Source of the DNA: the human T2T-CHM13v2.0 reference genome, Homo sapiens
Direction: 5' to 3' (one strand)
DNA length: 64,000 nucleotides
Assembly (NCBI RefSeq): GCF_009914755.1
Contig: NC_060925.1
Positions 15,044 through 35,730 of this stretch are shown in pieces (position 1 is the stretch's first letter; each line of letters starts with the position of its first letter). Both the position numbers and the translations under genes were made by a program. The notes under the pieces are model-generated. The model searched no databases. It was not told the origin of the DNA and was given only the letters and a program-made list of their open reading frames with translations.

Positions 15044-16844
15044 GCAGCCTCAGTCTGTACTTGCGGAAATGCCTGGCTCAAGCTGGGCCAATCAGATGTT
15101 GTCTCCTGGGAGTGTGGAATTTTGAATGGAGAAGAAAGAAATCTCATTATCATCACAGTGGAATCACATGCTCTGGGCAGTGTTCTAGGAAGAAAGCTCT
15201 ATGATCCCTTGCTGTGGGATGTTCTAGGCCTGCCCTTCTGTGACAATTTCTTGGCTGTTCAACCCTTTCTGGGAGCCCCTGAGACACCCCCATGAACCTT
15301 CTAACATGTCATGCCAGCTCTCCCTCTCCAACTTCCCGCCATTTTTTCCCTTAAGTTAGGCGGAGCTGGTTTCTATGGCTCGCAGCCAAACACCTCTCAA
15401 CTAATAAGGGCCATGCAAGATCAGAGATAGGAGGTGCGGTGAGAGGCAGCTGCCAGCAGAGGGGACTGTGGCCTCACTTTGAAGGGGCCTTTGAGTGGCC
15501 ATAGAGGCCTTTGAAGGGAAGGTGGGTGAGGGAGCCAGGCAGTGAGGAGAAGGCTCTTCCTTGTGGTGTTTTATCCCAGCAAGGGCAGGGAGGGCACACA
15601 AGGAGATAATGAGATGGAAAGTCAGGGACTTTAATCCTATCACAGCTGCATCACCCACTTCACTCATGCTGTGACTTTGGGCAAGTCACTCCTCCCTCTA
15701 AGTTTGCTGACTTCGAAAACTGGGTTAAGACTAGAACCTCCCTTACAAGATCGTCGTGAGGATTAAATGTGATAATGTATCATCTTAAGTGCTTGGGACA
15801 TTGTCTGGCACATACACTGTTATATATTTTTGCTGTTATTATTCTCATTTCACAAAGCACAGAACCAAAGGGCCAGAAATAGAGCCCCAGGAGAGCATAT
15901 AGACATGCTTCAGACCATGGGGGGACTCTTTCTGGTACCCTGAGATTTGCAGTTCTAAAGCTAGATAGGGAGGATAGCTGGGTATCTTCCTGGGAGAGTC
16001 TGTGGGGATGAAAAGTTCCAGAGACCAGAACATGGGGATAGCCCAGAAAATGGAATCCATTCCTGATGACCAGGTGGTGGGAGTAGGGCCAGGTCATGGC
16101 TGGGAATGTGATGCATCCTGGTGAGGGCATCCACATCTCAGCATTTGTGGTCTCCAGAGATGCCCAGTTTGCTACTAGGACCTGTGATGGGCTGATTGAC
16201 TCACAGGTGCTGGGGGCCAGACAGGGATCCTTAGGTGCATGTATTAGAAGCCAAGGGGACATTAAGAGATTATACCCAGCCAGGGGAATCCAGTCTTCTT
16301 GCCCTACCTTTTGGGTGCTCAAGCCCATGAGTACAGTAGGGGTTCATGTGTTGTGGACCTGGGAGATTAGAATAGCAGTTAAGATCATGGACCAAGGATG
16401 CACAGAGAGGAGGCTCCATACTCACCAGCCATGTGACTTCAGGCAGGTCACTAAATCTCTTTGAGTTTCTATTTCATCTTTAAAACTAGTTCAATTATAG
16501 TACTTTCTGTATGTGGCTATGAGGGTTATTGTAGGATTTGAGGATTTTTTGGGGGGATGGGGTTATTGTAATGATTTTAAAGCATTATCTATGCAAAGCA
16601 GTTAATATCTGGCATACTAACATTCAGTAAATGTTAGCTGCCACACTTACCATCATCAGGCCTGTCCAACTGCGGTTAGGACATGTGCACATTTTCAAGA
16701 TGGAAAACTGGTCAGCAGGGGCAGCCAGGGTGGGGCTAGCCTTTCAGATCTTGGCCCCTTTCCTTCCCATCCAACCAGAGCTGAGCTTTCCCGGCTTCCA
16801 AACTTCTACAGTTGTTCTAGCCCAGAAAGGCACCCGGACAGACC

Positions 16845-16975
16845 CCTTCATGTGCATGCAACCTGTGCAGCCACACAGGGCTCCACTTAATTTAATGCTC
16901 TGCTGATGCCGTTTTGCAATTCTTAATAATTCTTTAATCAGGGGCCCCACGTTTTTATTTTGCACTGGGCCCCTG
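16845..16975. mobile_element. MER45-like hAT-Tip100 fragment
   Basis: GCAACCTGTGCAGCCACACAGGGC...TTTTGCACTGGGCCC. Confidence 0.6.
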
Positions 16976-17043
16976 GAGTTAGGGAATTTTTTTCTATTCT
17001 CAGTCGCACCTATGATACCTTTCTTGCTGATTAAGTTCCTTGA

Positions 17044-20504
<3,461 letters not shown>

Positions 20505-21284
20505 CTAGTTGGTTTTATTGTTGGTACATTGTAATACTTAGAGTAAGTGTGTGGAGTTTTGTTGCCCTGTGATTTAGTTTCAGGGAAACTGGAGGCCAAA
20601 GGAGAAGAAGTCAAAGCAAGGTAGTTAATGAGGTTGGGTGAGACCTGTGGGATGTGGTGTGAGGAGCATTGGATGGGAAAGAAAAGGCCCCCAGGATAAA
20701 ATAAACATGGAAAGGATGAGGACACAGGGTTTGACTGTGTAATGGAAATGTTTTTTCTGTTTGAAACGAACAAACAAAATACTTCTATAATTTGTATTCT
20801 GAAAGGAGAATTTGTAGGTGGGAAGAGACCTCTAACTAAATTATGCAATTCTGCCTGCGTTCTGCCGCCCACAGACACAGGCATTGTGCTAAACAGGGCT
20901 GCTAAATAGGTATGGACGGTGGAGATTGGGACAGTTGATAAAATATTAATAGTAACATGTTAGTTGGCAAATGGTAAATACTAACTGCAATAAATAGCAA
21001 AGTTAATTATTTATAAATCTAAGATATAACATAAACTCATTAGGACACATTCATGAACATTGATAAATGGGCCTCCTAAAATAGAAACTTCTCAGAAGCA
21101 TTAGCTGCACTATCTGCCACTTCGTCCACGTCACGGCAAACAGCACACGCTACATTGCTCATTTTTTATGGGGCACTCTGTGCTTTAGAGAAATAATGAG
21201 TTTATCTTTATCCTCAAATTGCTCACTTATTAGTGCTTCTAAATAACTTAGCCTTGACTTTGGTTTTATTGTTGGTGCATTATA

Positions 21285-21353
21285 TTAAGTTGGTGCAAAA
21301 CTAATAGCCATTATGTTTAATGGCAAAAACCGCATTACTTTTGCTCCAAATAA
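21285..21353. mobile_element. MADE1 (Hsmar1-derived MITE)
   Basis: TTAAGTTGGTGCAAAA...AATGGCAAAAACCGCATTACTTTTGC...TAA, flanked by TA. Confidence 0.85.
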
Positions 21354-21493
21354 TATTTATAGTAAGTGTGCGGGGTTTTGTTTCCTTAAAAGATCCAGAA
21401 CTTACAGGAAAATTGTAAAAAGAACACCCAGGATGAAGAGACAACTGTGTTTAGGTAAGTGTTCCTTTTAAATATCATAAATAAAAATATTTT

Positions 21494-21803
21494 GGCTGGG
21501 CGTAGTAGTTCACCCCTGTCATCACAGCACTTCAGGAGGATCCCTTGAGGCCAGAATGTTCAAGACCAGCCTGGGCAACATAGGGAGACCCCCGTCTCTA
21601 CAAAAAAAAATATATAGAAAAATTCTCTGGGCACGGTGGTGCACACCTGTGGTCATAGCTACTCAGAAGGCTGAGGCAGGAGGATTGCTTGAGTCCAGGA
21701 GGTCAAGGCTGCAGTGAGCTATGATTGCAGCACTGCACTCCAGCCTGGGTAACAGAATGAGACCCTATCTCTACCAAAAAAATAAAAATAAAAATAAATA
21801 AAA
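21494..21803 (+). mobile_element. AluJ
   Basis: Full dimer with J-type positions. Confidence 0.9.
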
Positions 21804-22869
21804 ATCTGAATCTGGGGGACAAATTTTTAAGAATATATTAATAAGGAAAATCAATACTATGTAAAACTCACAACAGCCTGGAAATGACTTTGATGCTATA
21901 GATAATTCATTGAAAATAAACCAAATAACTTGTCTTTCTAGAAGGAAAACAGACTTAGTATTTCAACAAAAATTATGAGTAGATGATAAGTGCTAGTGAA
22001 GTAAATGTGGGATGAAAAGGTGCCCAAATGTGATTAAAAGTTGAAAGTTGCTCAACTTGTGTGGCACTTAAACCATTCAGAATGGCAATTACATTCTGTT
22101 AAAGCTCATGATTTGTATCAGTCAGGATTAAATCAGACAAGCAGAAACACGGAAAAGGGAATTTATTATAGAGATTAGTCCTTACACAGTTGTGGGGATT
22201 TGTTTAGGACATAGGTGGATTATCTTTGCTCCCCCATGCCCAGGGCCTCGGCTGGGAAAATTTGACAGCTGAGGGCTAAAATCATCTGGGGACATTGTCA
22301 CACACATCATCAGGTGTTTGACACTGGCTGTTGATGTTGACACCGGTGCTGTTGAGGTATGGAATGTAACTGAGATCTGACCAATGGAATGTGAATGAAA
22401 GTGATGTGTGTCTCTTCCAGGCCTGGCCCATACAAACCTCTCATGCATCATGCTTTCTCCCCTCCATTTATCAGCTGAGTGAAGAGGACTTCAACAATAG
22501 ATAGGAAGGCAAAATCCTAAGGTGGAAGAAGTCTGGGTCTCTGAATGACTGTGTAGACTAAAGCCCTCACCAACCTGCCTCAGGTTGTGACATGAATGAG
22601 AAACAACTTTCTATGAAGTTAAGCCATTTACCTTTTTGGAGTTGTTTGTTATAGCAGCTAATGCTGATTACCCTAATAACCATTTATCAAGGGAATCAAC
22701 ATTACCTGGTTATTTACTGAAGTTACACGTCACCAGAGATTTTCACCTGGTGTGTGATCTGGAGCTGCAAACATCCATGGTGATTCTCACCATGACAACT
22801 GTTACATAAGCCCTTTTTATGATCGCCATAGCAGGGGTTGGCCCTGTAACTCCTATTACCTAAAATGTG

Positions 22870-23181
22870 TGATACGGTTTGGCTGTGTCCCCACCCAAAT
22901 CTTGTCTAGAACTGTAGTTCCCATAACTCCCATGTGCTGTGGGAGGGACTCAATGGGAGGTAATTGAATCATGGGGGCGGTTACCTCCAAGCTGTTCTTC
23001 TGACAGTGAGTGAGTCTCACCAGATCTGATAGTTTTATAAGGGGCTTTCCCCCCCACCCCGCTCTGCACTTCTCCTTGCTGCCTCCATGTGAAGAAGGAC
23101 GTGTTTGCTTCCCCTTCCACCATGATTGTAAGTTTCCTGAGGCTTCCCCAGCCCTGTGGAACTGTGAGTCGATTAAACCTC
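22870..23181 (+). mobile_element. THE1D-like LTR, 3'-truncated
   Basis: TGATACGGTTTGGCTGTGTCCCCACCCAAAT...GTGAGTCGATTAAACCTC. Confidence 0.85.
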
Positions 23182-23282
23182 CCAGCAGCTCCAGGACCAC
23201 CACTGGCTCCCCACCCCACCTCACCTCTGGCCCCATTTCATCATCCTCGCCTCATCCTTCCCTCCCTTCTGCGACCCTGGCC

Positions 23283-24745
<1,463 letters not shown>

Positions 24746-25204
24746 TGGCCCCTTTGCCATTCCTTGAAGGCAGGCGTTGTCCTGTCTCAGAGAGTGATTC
24801 CCAAATATCTGCGGAGCTGGCTCCCTCTCCTCCTTTGGAATTTGCTGGATATTGCCTTAGTGCAGTCGCTTCTGATAGGCCCCTTTTGCATGGCAAGCCC
24901 TCCTCCAGCCCCAGCACTCCCAGTCCCCCTCCGCTGGGCTTCTTTGTGTGTTGTCTCAGCTGAGTCATGCCTCAAAGGTGCAGTTTTCTACTCTGGTATG
25001 TTCTAGTCATGAACGCCTGGACTATAACCCATTTAACAGTCAGGACGTTATCTAACTTGCACACTGTGCTGGCGATTAAGCTGTCATCTCTCTGCTCCAA
25101 ACCCTCCTTTCTATGACCTGCTTTGTGAAGCTGGGCTGGGACTCTGAAAACCACATTTCTGCTTTGCTGGCTGTTAGGCTTTGTCAATAGGGGACGCTCC
25201 AGGG

Positions 25205-25773
25205 TGTTTTAATGGAACCCGGATTTGCATTTGTTTTAATCAGGTATTATAAGACAAGCAGACTTGGAAGGGAATGTCATGAAGGAAGAGGTTTACTCAC
25301 AGTTCCCTAGAAATGGGAGACATGAGATACCATGGATGTGGGGGTAGGGGCACAGAGAAGCCCCGGGGTCGGTCAGGAGGCAGAAGGAACAAGGGGAAAA
25401 TGTAGGCAAGAGTTTTTATTGTGATTTTCATTGGAAAGAACAGCCAAGGTAGGGTAAGTAGGCCTAGAACTGGCTTGTTCGAATAACTTCAACAGGCTCC
25501 TAAGAAGCTGTCCTTAGGTGTCTGGTACCGGGGCCTGGGGTCATTAGGGCAGGCGGATAGTGACCTCAGCTTAGGAGAGGCTTGGTTAGCATAGATAGTT
25601 GTGGTTATGGGCTCTGGATGGGTTACTTTGCATAAGAAAGGCGTGCTCTAGGTTAAGTTGTTTACTATCTTTAGGAATTAGCTAGCGAGGGAGAGACAGT
25701 CCCTGCAGGATCAGTAAGGCCCCAAGTTGTCAAAACATCGAATAAAAGAAAATAAAAAGACATGATTAATACA
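25205..25773 (-). mobile_element. MER74/MER73-like ERVL solo LTR
   Basis: TG...CA ends; 5-bp TSD CAGGG at 25200-25204 and 25774-25778. Confidence 0.75.
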
Positions 25774-26669
25774 CAGGGAGAGAGGGCATGCAATGATGGG
25801 GATGGAAGAAGAAACTTACTTCTTCTGTTGGTTCCCTGTGAATTTCCTGTGGCTGTCTGATGGCCTGTATTTTCAGCGAGCATCACTCCAGCAAAGCTTC
25901 TATTCTACTCCCTGGCAGCAGCAGCACCTTCCTGGAGCAGCAGCTGAGACCAGTTGCTCTGCAATTCTCTCCAGAACTGACTCTGCAATTTCCCACCACT
26001 TGCAGAGTCAGCCCCAATATGGTCTTCTCAGAGACACCAGCACCAGCCAGACAGTGCCCTGTCCCCAAGAGGCCTGGGTCTCAGCCCCATGGAACCCTCT
26101 TCCAGGTTCAAAGGCACCAGCATCATCCAAGCAGCAGCCACCCATCCTCAGAGATGAGTTTCAGCTCTGGAGTCCCCTTCTTCTAAACTTACAAATTTTA
26201 ATAATTCAAACCTCTTCTCCCAGTTCCCTCAGTCTTAGGAGTGGTAGCTACTCATCCATAATATGTTGGTGTGTTGTTATTTGAGAGACAGGGCCTTGCT
26301 TTGTTGACAAGGCTGGAGTGCAGTGGCATGAAGACAGCTCAATGCAGCCTCAATATCCTGGGTCAAGCAATCCTCATGCCACAGCACCCTGAGTAGCTGG
26401 GACTACAGGCATGCGCCACCACGCCCAGCATTTTTTTTTTTTTTTTTTTTTAGAGAGAGGGTCTCACTATGTCGTGCAGGCTGGTCTCAAATTCGGTGGT
26501 TTTCCTTTTTCTTTTTTCTTTTTTTTTCTCTTTTAGTGACTTCATTCACAACTTTATATCTAGTTAGCAATTATTTATATTCAATTCTCTTTGTTCACAT
26601 GGTGGTATTCTGTCTCATTGGACCATAGCTGCTTGAGAAATTGGTCTCAGGAGTGGTCCCAAGAAATAA

Positions 26670-27050
<381 letters not shown>

Positions 27051-27840
27051 TTAATGTGTTCTTGGGCTTGAACTCAGTGCCGAGCTCCACTGGCAATGGA
27101 AAATGGCATGCTAGCAATCCATGGCATACAGTGACATTATGATTAATCACATAATTGCCTGTGGTTGATTGTGATGAAGCGCCTATTACAAGTGCCTTGG
27201 GGGACAAGGTGGCTGTTTCACTTGGTCATTATGGCAGTGATGATGACTGCAAGAACTATTTGGGATGTGGGATGGATTCTTTTGAATGCACTAGAGTGCT
27301 TATAGAAAGAAATGACAAGCTCAACTGAATATTCACTTGGGACTATGACTAAATTTGAGAAGTAATTAACATGTCTTAGAAGTGGATGATATGAATGTCT
27401 CCCAAAAATGGATACAGTAATTATTGCAACTTTGCATCTCTTCGTTTTTGGGGAGAGGATTTGTTTATATGAAAGGTAGTTGTATCTTGTTAGACAGAAA
27501 GGCGGTTGTTTTTATTGTCTTGAAAAGTTGACATATATGGAGAAAGATGTAAAAATATGTGCACATGGATCTTGAATAGCTGAACCAATGGACTGTGCTG
27601 GTTCTTAAGCTCTTGTCTATTGCTTCAACTCATCCTTCTATACTCTGCACCATGATGCTGGGACAGGGACTCTGCAAACTGTATTTCTGCATTGCCAAAA
27701 GCAGGCTTTCTGTTAGGCTGTGTTGATGGGTAGTACAAGAGGGAGACTGCAAGGCTGAAGGAGGAAGGAATTGGTTTCTTTCCTTGGTCTTCCTGAACTT
27801 GTGAGCATCACCTAGCAACACTTCCTCGCCTGGGCCACAA

Positions 27841-28336
27841 TGAGGTAGGAGGCAGGACTCAACTCCAGAAATGGGGCTCAGACACTGCACCAGATTGAGG
27901 ACTAGCTAAAACAGGGTAGGGGTGGAAGCCGCTTTCCAATCAAACACGCCCACCATGTACCATGTCAATTTATCATTGTCATGGCAACACCAGGGAGTTA
28001 CCGCCTCTTTCCATGGCAATGACCCAATGACCCAAAATTACTATGCCTTCCCTAGAAATTTCTGCACAAACTGCCCCTTGATCTCCATCCAGTTAAAAGT
28101 GGGTATAAATATGACTGCAAAACTGCCCTGAGCTGCTGCTCTCCGCCTCCAGTGTAGCCTTGCTCAGAAGGAGCAGTCACAGAGTTGCAACACTGTAACA
28201 CCACTAGAGCTATAACACTGCTTCTTCAGTAAAGCTGTTTTCTTCTATCTCTGGCTTACCCTTGAATTCTTTCCTGGGCAAAGCCAAGAACCCTCATGGG
28301 CTAAGCTCCACTTCGGGGCTTGCTTGCCTTGCATCA
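27841..28336 (+). mobile_element. MER41-group ERV1 solo LTR
   Basis: TGAGGTAGGAGGCAGGACTC...GGGTATAAAT...AGTAAA...GCATCA. Confidence 0.7.
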
Positions 28337-28501
28337 GCTGCAGTTCCTTCCTGTGGAGGTTGCTGAATCCAGTTTGCAAATTTCCCAACATTTGCAGAGC
28401 AGCCTTATTGTGCTTCATTCAGAAACTCCAACAGCTGAGTGGCACCTCTTCCTCAGAGATCTGAGGTGCAGCTCTGCAGGGCCCCTCGGCTAAGCTTTTA
28501 G

Positions 28502-28693
<192 letters not shown>

Positions 28694-29258
28694 TAGTAGA
28701 GACGGGGATTCACCATATTGGCCAGGCTGGTCCTGAACTCCTGACCTTGTGATCCATCTGCCTCAGCCTCCCAAAGTGCTGGAATTACAGGCGTGAGCCA
28801 CTGCACCGGGCCGACAAGATTCTTTATATTAAATTTTCTCTGCTCATATTAAATTTTCTCTGCTCAAATAACTGCTGTGGTTTCTGTCTTCTGATTAGAC
28901 CCTTCTTGATACAAACACCTTAGCATCCTTTGGATGGAGAATTGTGTCTGATATAATAGATGCTATAAATGATGTTTGTTGAATTAATGACAGTGACATT
29001 TAGTAAGTTCTTGCCACCTCAGGCTTTGTTCTACATGTGTCATCTCATTTCATCATTAAAGTAATCTTATGAGATAGGAACTATTTTCCCTAATAAAAGA
29101 CAAAATAAATACTGATATGTAGTGAGTATTAAACTGAGTGTACTGCTAGGTAAGGCAGAGGAAGCCTGATCCAATACAAAGTTCGGCCATGCACGATTGG
29201 GTCTTCAGATTAAATGTTAAAGAATAACTCAGGACAATTACCTAAGCATTGAGAGTTT

Positions 29259-30537
<1,279 letters not shown>

Positions 30538-31392
30538 TAAGCATTAAGGGTTTACTTTTAGGTGAGTAGTATACAAGGAAGAGCATGCCTCGTGAAGACT
30601 GACACCCAGTCCAAAGGCAAGGGTAGGCTTATAAGGGCAAAAGCCACACAGTTTCATAAGGAGAGGTGATTGGTTTAAATAAGTCTTTAGCTTGTCCTCT
30701 CAGGATTATTTGGCTGTAATGGAACTGAGCCCCAATTCCATCTGTGCTTTTTTGAATCTTTATTGACCCAGTAAGTCCACGAAGTTGAATCCAAATAAAC
30801 ACTTGAGGCACAAATCGCAAACACAAGAAGTTCCTCATCAGGTTAGGGTTTTTGTTTGTTTGTTTGTTATGGGTTTTTTTCTGATTCTGATCAATTTTCC
30901 CAGAAGCAGTTGCTTTGGTTCCTTCTTCTGGGACCCTAACTGATTGATTTTTGCATGTTATTACTCATCCAGGCTCAAAGTCAAGCAGGGTGTAAGTCCA
31001 TCTACACATGCTCAAGGCTTAGCAAAAATTTCCTTTATCATCTCACTTTTACAGGTGGACCTGTGCCACAGAGGAATTAAGTAACCTTCCCATGGTCACA
31101 TAGCTGGTAAGTCATAGAGCCAGACTTTGGTAGGTGTGGTAGGTAATTTATTTTTCATGTGAATCAATTTCCCGCTGCCATTCTAACCTTTACGTACCCC
31201 TATGGGCCAATCCTTCCTAGTCAAGCAGGTTGACTTCAGAATTAGTGCATTTAACCACTTTGCTGGACTGCTTCGAGGAGAAAAAGAGACAGAGAGGGGA
31301 AAGGAGGGAAGAAGAGAGAAGGAGGGCGTTCCTCTGTGTGTATTAAGAGCATGTACTTTAGTGGCAAATAGATGTAGGTTAAAATCCCAGAT

Positions 31393-33441
31393 ATGGGTGA
31401 ATTGAGCGCTGCTGGTGGGCAGTAGAGTCACTGCACCACCGCCGGGACCATGGTGTTCTACTTCACCAGCAGCAGCATTAATTCATCCCAGTACACTATT
31501 TACATGGGAAAGGATAAATATGAAAATGAAGATCTGATCAAGCACGGCTGGCCTGAAAATATCTGGGAGAGAACATAGAAGACATTCCAAAGGAAGTGCT
31601 GATGGACTGTGCCCACCTTGTGAAAGCCAGTAGCATTCAAGGCTGCAAGATGAACGTTAATGTGGTATATATGCCGCAGTCTAACCTGAAGAAAACAGCT
31701 GACATGGATGTGGGGCACATAGGTTTTCACAGGCAGAAGGATGTAAAAATTGTGACATGGGAGAAAAAAGTAAATGAGATCCTGAACTGATTAGAAAAGA
31801 CCAAAGTGGAGTGGTTCCCAGACCTAGCAGCAGAGAAAGAATGCAGAGATCGTGAAGAGAGGAATGAGAAAACAGCCCAAATTCAGGAAATGAAAAGGAG
31901 AGAAAAAGAAGAAATGAAGAAGAGGGAAATGGATGAACTTAGGAGCTATTTACCACTAATGAAAGTTGAAAATATGTCTTCAAATCAGGATGGCAATGAT
32001 TCAACTGAATCCATGTAAAAGGAGAAAAGGACCTTTGAAAGATGTGAATGTAGAGACAATTGCAGACCTTTTGGTTTCATCTGTATTCTGAAGTATAAAA
32101 TACAACCAAAATTCTACCTTCATCCTACCCAGAAATTATTGATTTTGGAGTTTTAAAAAAATTGTACCTTTTTTGTTGACAGAAAAGGATCAGATATGTA
32201 TAAAATAGTTGAACTTGACAGCATATAACTTAAAGCAAAAATGTTTTTGCCAGAACATGTCTTGGTACTTTGTGAAAGCTGGCTGCCCTTGTTCTTGAGA
32301 TTGACTTTAAAATGAACCACTCTGAAAAGTACTTCTGTTGCTGTGATCTATCCCTGAAAACAGATGTCTTGAAACACTTTTCATATTCTTAAAATAATCT
32401 TCACTTCTGTTAAGAAGAACATGTTGGTGGGTAATTATGCGAATGTTTCCCTGTCCCTGATTTCCAGATTAGAAAAAAGGGCATATGGGTTTTGAAAAAG
32501 AGATTTTCAGAAGATTGTCAGCTTCAGTATTCACGTTCCATCGTGTCATCTGGGTCTGTTAGTGTAGTGACCCACAGCACAGTCTGTCCCAGCTTTTACG
32601 TCCTTGCTTCTTCTGAGCAGGGCCTCCTCCATCTTAGTATCATCATATTTAAAGAAATTGATGGTGTTCATCAAGGTGGGGCCTGTGGCAGTTGTTGCCT
32701 GAGCACCAAGTAACCCAAGCCACCTATGCAACAACTTCTGGGCTCTGGAATAATTTCTCAGCATTGAGGGTAAAATAGGAAGGAATGCTCTGTTGATCAT
32801 TTGGCAGATGTAGGTTACCTGATTTGTGCCTTGGGATGCAGCATGAAGCAGAAGTCCATATTGCAATTATGATTTTAGAAGGAAATAAGCGTTTCACTAG
32901 CCAGCCAAGTAATTATATTCTTTACCTTGAAATCATATTTGAGTTGTGGCCCCAGAGTTCAATTTCTCATTGTAGATTCAGTAACTTACTATATAACATT
33001 ACTTCTCACTTGAACCACTCACTATCTGTTGTGATTCTGAGCAGAAGATGTCTTTTGATTGCAGTATGTAAGGGAACCCCTGTAGAAGGAGACAAAACAA
33101 GAAGAAAGAGAACAAAGCCTGCAGGACCAGAGGCATACAGGTGGACATTTTACTCACACCCACAGCAGCAAGAATGACCTCCTGCAGCAGATATTCCACC
33201 TGTAATAGCGCTTTGGAATTCTGGGCAAAACCAAAAGGCTAGTGTTTCCAAATATTCCATGTTGGTGTATGGGGTTGAACTGGAAAATTCCCTGAGGCAT
33301 GATTCATTGGCCAAATTTTGATAGGGTATAGAAGATGACTTTAGAGATGAGTGGTTTTGTGTACGTGTCTAATGATATTCAGCTTGACGTTCTGCAATTT
33401 TAAAAGTTATAATAAAGTATAATTTTTTATCTGAAAAAAAA
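31393..33441 (+). pseudogene. Processed pseudogene of CCDC25 (5'UTR, CDS, 3'UTR, poly-A)
   Basis: ATG 31450 [39 protein letters not shown]...[18 protein letters not shown]...[13 protein letters not shown], stop 32018. Intronless; premature TGA 31788-31790; AATAAA 33411-33416; short A tail. TSD AAAATCCCAGAT at 31381-31392 and 33438-33449, after a TT|AAAA L1-endonuclease site; inserted into a MIR. Confidence 0.95.
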
Positions 33442-33617
33442 TCCCAGATCTGCTTTTTGCTATTTACAAGTTATGTGAACTAAGAAAATTATTTAGATTT
33501 TCTAAGGCTCAGTCTCTTCATCTGTAAAAATGAGAAAAAAAAAAAAAAAGTACATAACCTAAAAGGGCAGTTTATTCTAGATGGTTTTTTAAAACAGCAT
33601 ACCAATTTATGATCCAT

Positions 33618-33634
33618 GACTGCCCCCTAGAGGT
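33618..33634 (-). promoter_or_regulatory. CTCF-like motif
   Basis: Minus strand CCTCTAGGGGGCAGT matches the CTCF core. Confidence 0.6.
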
Positions 33635-34040
33635 AAAATTAAAATACTGCTCCATAATTGTGCTAAATATAATCCCGGAAAGAAGGTACAGACTACAGCT
33701 GTGATTATAGGTTCAAGTTGACAGCAAGACTCATGAGACAGAAATAAATTGTAACCTAGAATACAAGGCAGAAGATATGGCAGATGCTACATCTTTATCT
33801 CACCAGGTGGCCCAGCAGCTACCGAAGTACACATGTCCTGTTGTCATTCATCCACAGGGCAATTACAGCTGCCACGGGCTAGCCAAGGTGTGCAGCGATC
33901 ACTTTGACTCATAGAACCTAAAGCCTTAGTCAGGCGCAGTGGCTCATACCTGTAATCCCAGCACTTTGGGAGGCTGAGGCAGGAGGATCTCTTGGGCCTA
34001 GTCTGAGACCAGCCTGGGTCTCAGGCAAGGCCCTGTCTCT

Positions 34041-34076
<36 letters not shown>

Positions 34077-34329
34077 GTAAGTAAGTAAATAACCTGAAAC
34101 CTCTATTTCTCACCAATATTTCCTGCCATTCCCAGTTGCATACGCTCATGACCTGTATGCTCACTGACAATGCCTCCAGACCCATGCGCAGTTCCACACA
34201 ATTGTGTAGTCAGCATACACAACATCCCCTGTTTATGTTAACTCTGCAGTTTCCAAGGAAACAGTATTGTGGAAGACCAAGGTCAGTGTCAGGCAGGCTT
34301 GCATCAGCCCCAGCCTGATATTAATTTTC

Positions 34330-35730
34330 CCTTTACTCACAGAAGCATAATTTAACATTAAGAAATGTTTCCCTGTGATTTGCCAATTAAGTGATAAAGG
34401 AGAAAAATCATACAATCCTCTCAAAAATGCAAAAAACATCATTCAACAAAACTAAATGTGGATTCATAATTTTTAAAAAACCCTTAACAAATTAGGAATA
34501 GAAGGGAACTTTTTCAACCTGTTAAAGGGTATCTACCCCAAACATAAACTTTATGCTTGAAAGTTTGGAAGCATTTCCATTAAGTCAGGAACAAGATTGC
34601 TATCAGCACTATTATTCACCATTATACTGGAGCTCCTAGCCAATGTAATAAGAGAAATAAACAAGAAGTGTTAACATAGAAAAACAGAACACTATCCATA
34701 TTTGCAGGTGATATTACAGTCAATGAGAAAATCCAAGAGAATATAGAGAAAAACTATTTAAACCAATAAGAGTATTAGGCATAAAATATACCATTCCCAG
34801 GGTTGATAACAACTTTAAGGCATCTAGGACTATATCTCATAAAGGATATACTAGACCTTCATAGAGGACAATACAAAATGTTTTTAAATATATAAAAAGA
34901 ATATGAATAAAATAATAAATGGAGAGATATTGATGGGAATACTTACTATTATAAAGGTATCACTTCTCTCCCAAAATAAACCTACAAATTAAATTCATTC
35001 CAATACAAACTCAGCAGGATTTTTTGTTGTAACTGGATTAACAGGTCCTAAAGTTCATATGAAAGAGTAAATGTCCATGAACATGCAAGATACTTCTGAA
35101 AAAAAGAATAAAATACCAGATATAACAAATGAATGTTAAACTACAGAAATTAAATAGAGTACAGTCAATTCAGACCAACCTAAAGGGGTAGAGAGCCCAG
35201 ATACAGTCCAAACACATTGGTCTTTTAATCACCTACAAAGCCTCACATGATCTGACCTCATCTCTCCAGCCACTTGCCTCAGCTCACTCCACTTCAGCCA
35301 CACTGGCCTTGCTATTCCTTGAACTTGCCAGGCCAGGCCAGTGTGGGCTCTTGACACTGACTTTTCCCTCTGTCTGGAATACTGTTTATACAGATAATTC
35401 CCTTACCTACTTCTGGTCTGCATTCCCATATAACCTTCTCAATGAGACCCACCCTGACTTCTCCATTTAGAATCATCACTCATGTCCCTAACTCAGATCC
35501 TTCTTGCCCTTCTCTACTTTTTCTCCACCCCTCACAGAACTTATCACCTTCTAACACTCCAAATAATTTACTTATTGTGCTCATTGTTTTTAAAAATCCA
35601 TCTGCCCCTGCTAGAATGTAAGCCCCACAAGGGTATAGATCTCTGTTTTGTTAGATCTCAAGTACTTTAACAGTTCCTGGCATATAGTAGGCACTCAATA
35701 AATACCAGTGGAATAAATCAATGGAACAAG
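34330..35730. mobile_element. Old sense L1 ORF2 remnant (34330-35215) followed by an L2 3' fragment
   Basis: AATTAGGAATAGAAGGGAACT...TCAGGAACAAGA...GCTCCTAGCCAATG; L2 end GTAGGCACTCAATAAATA. Confidence 0.75.

Noticed and set aside
31596-32018. CCDC25-like ORFs as a functional gene
   Set aside because: Frameshifting 52-nt loss, in-frame TGA at 31788, codon deletions and retroposition hallmarks.
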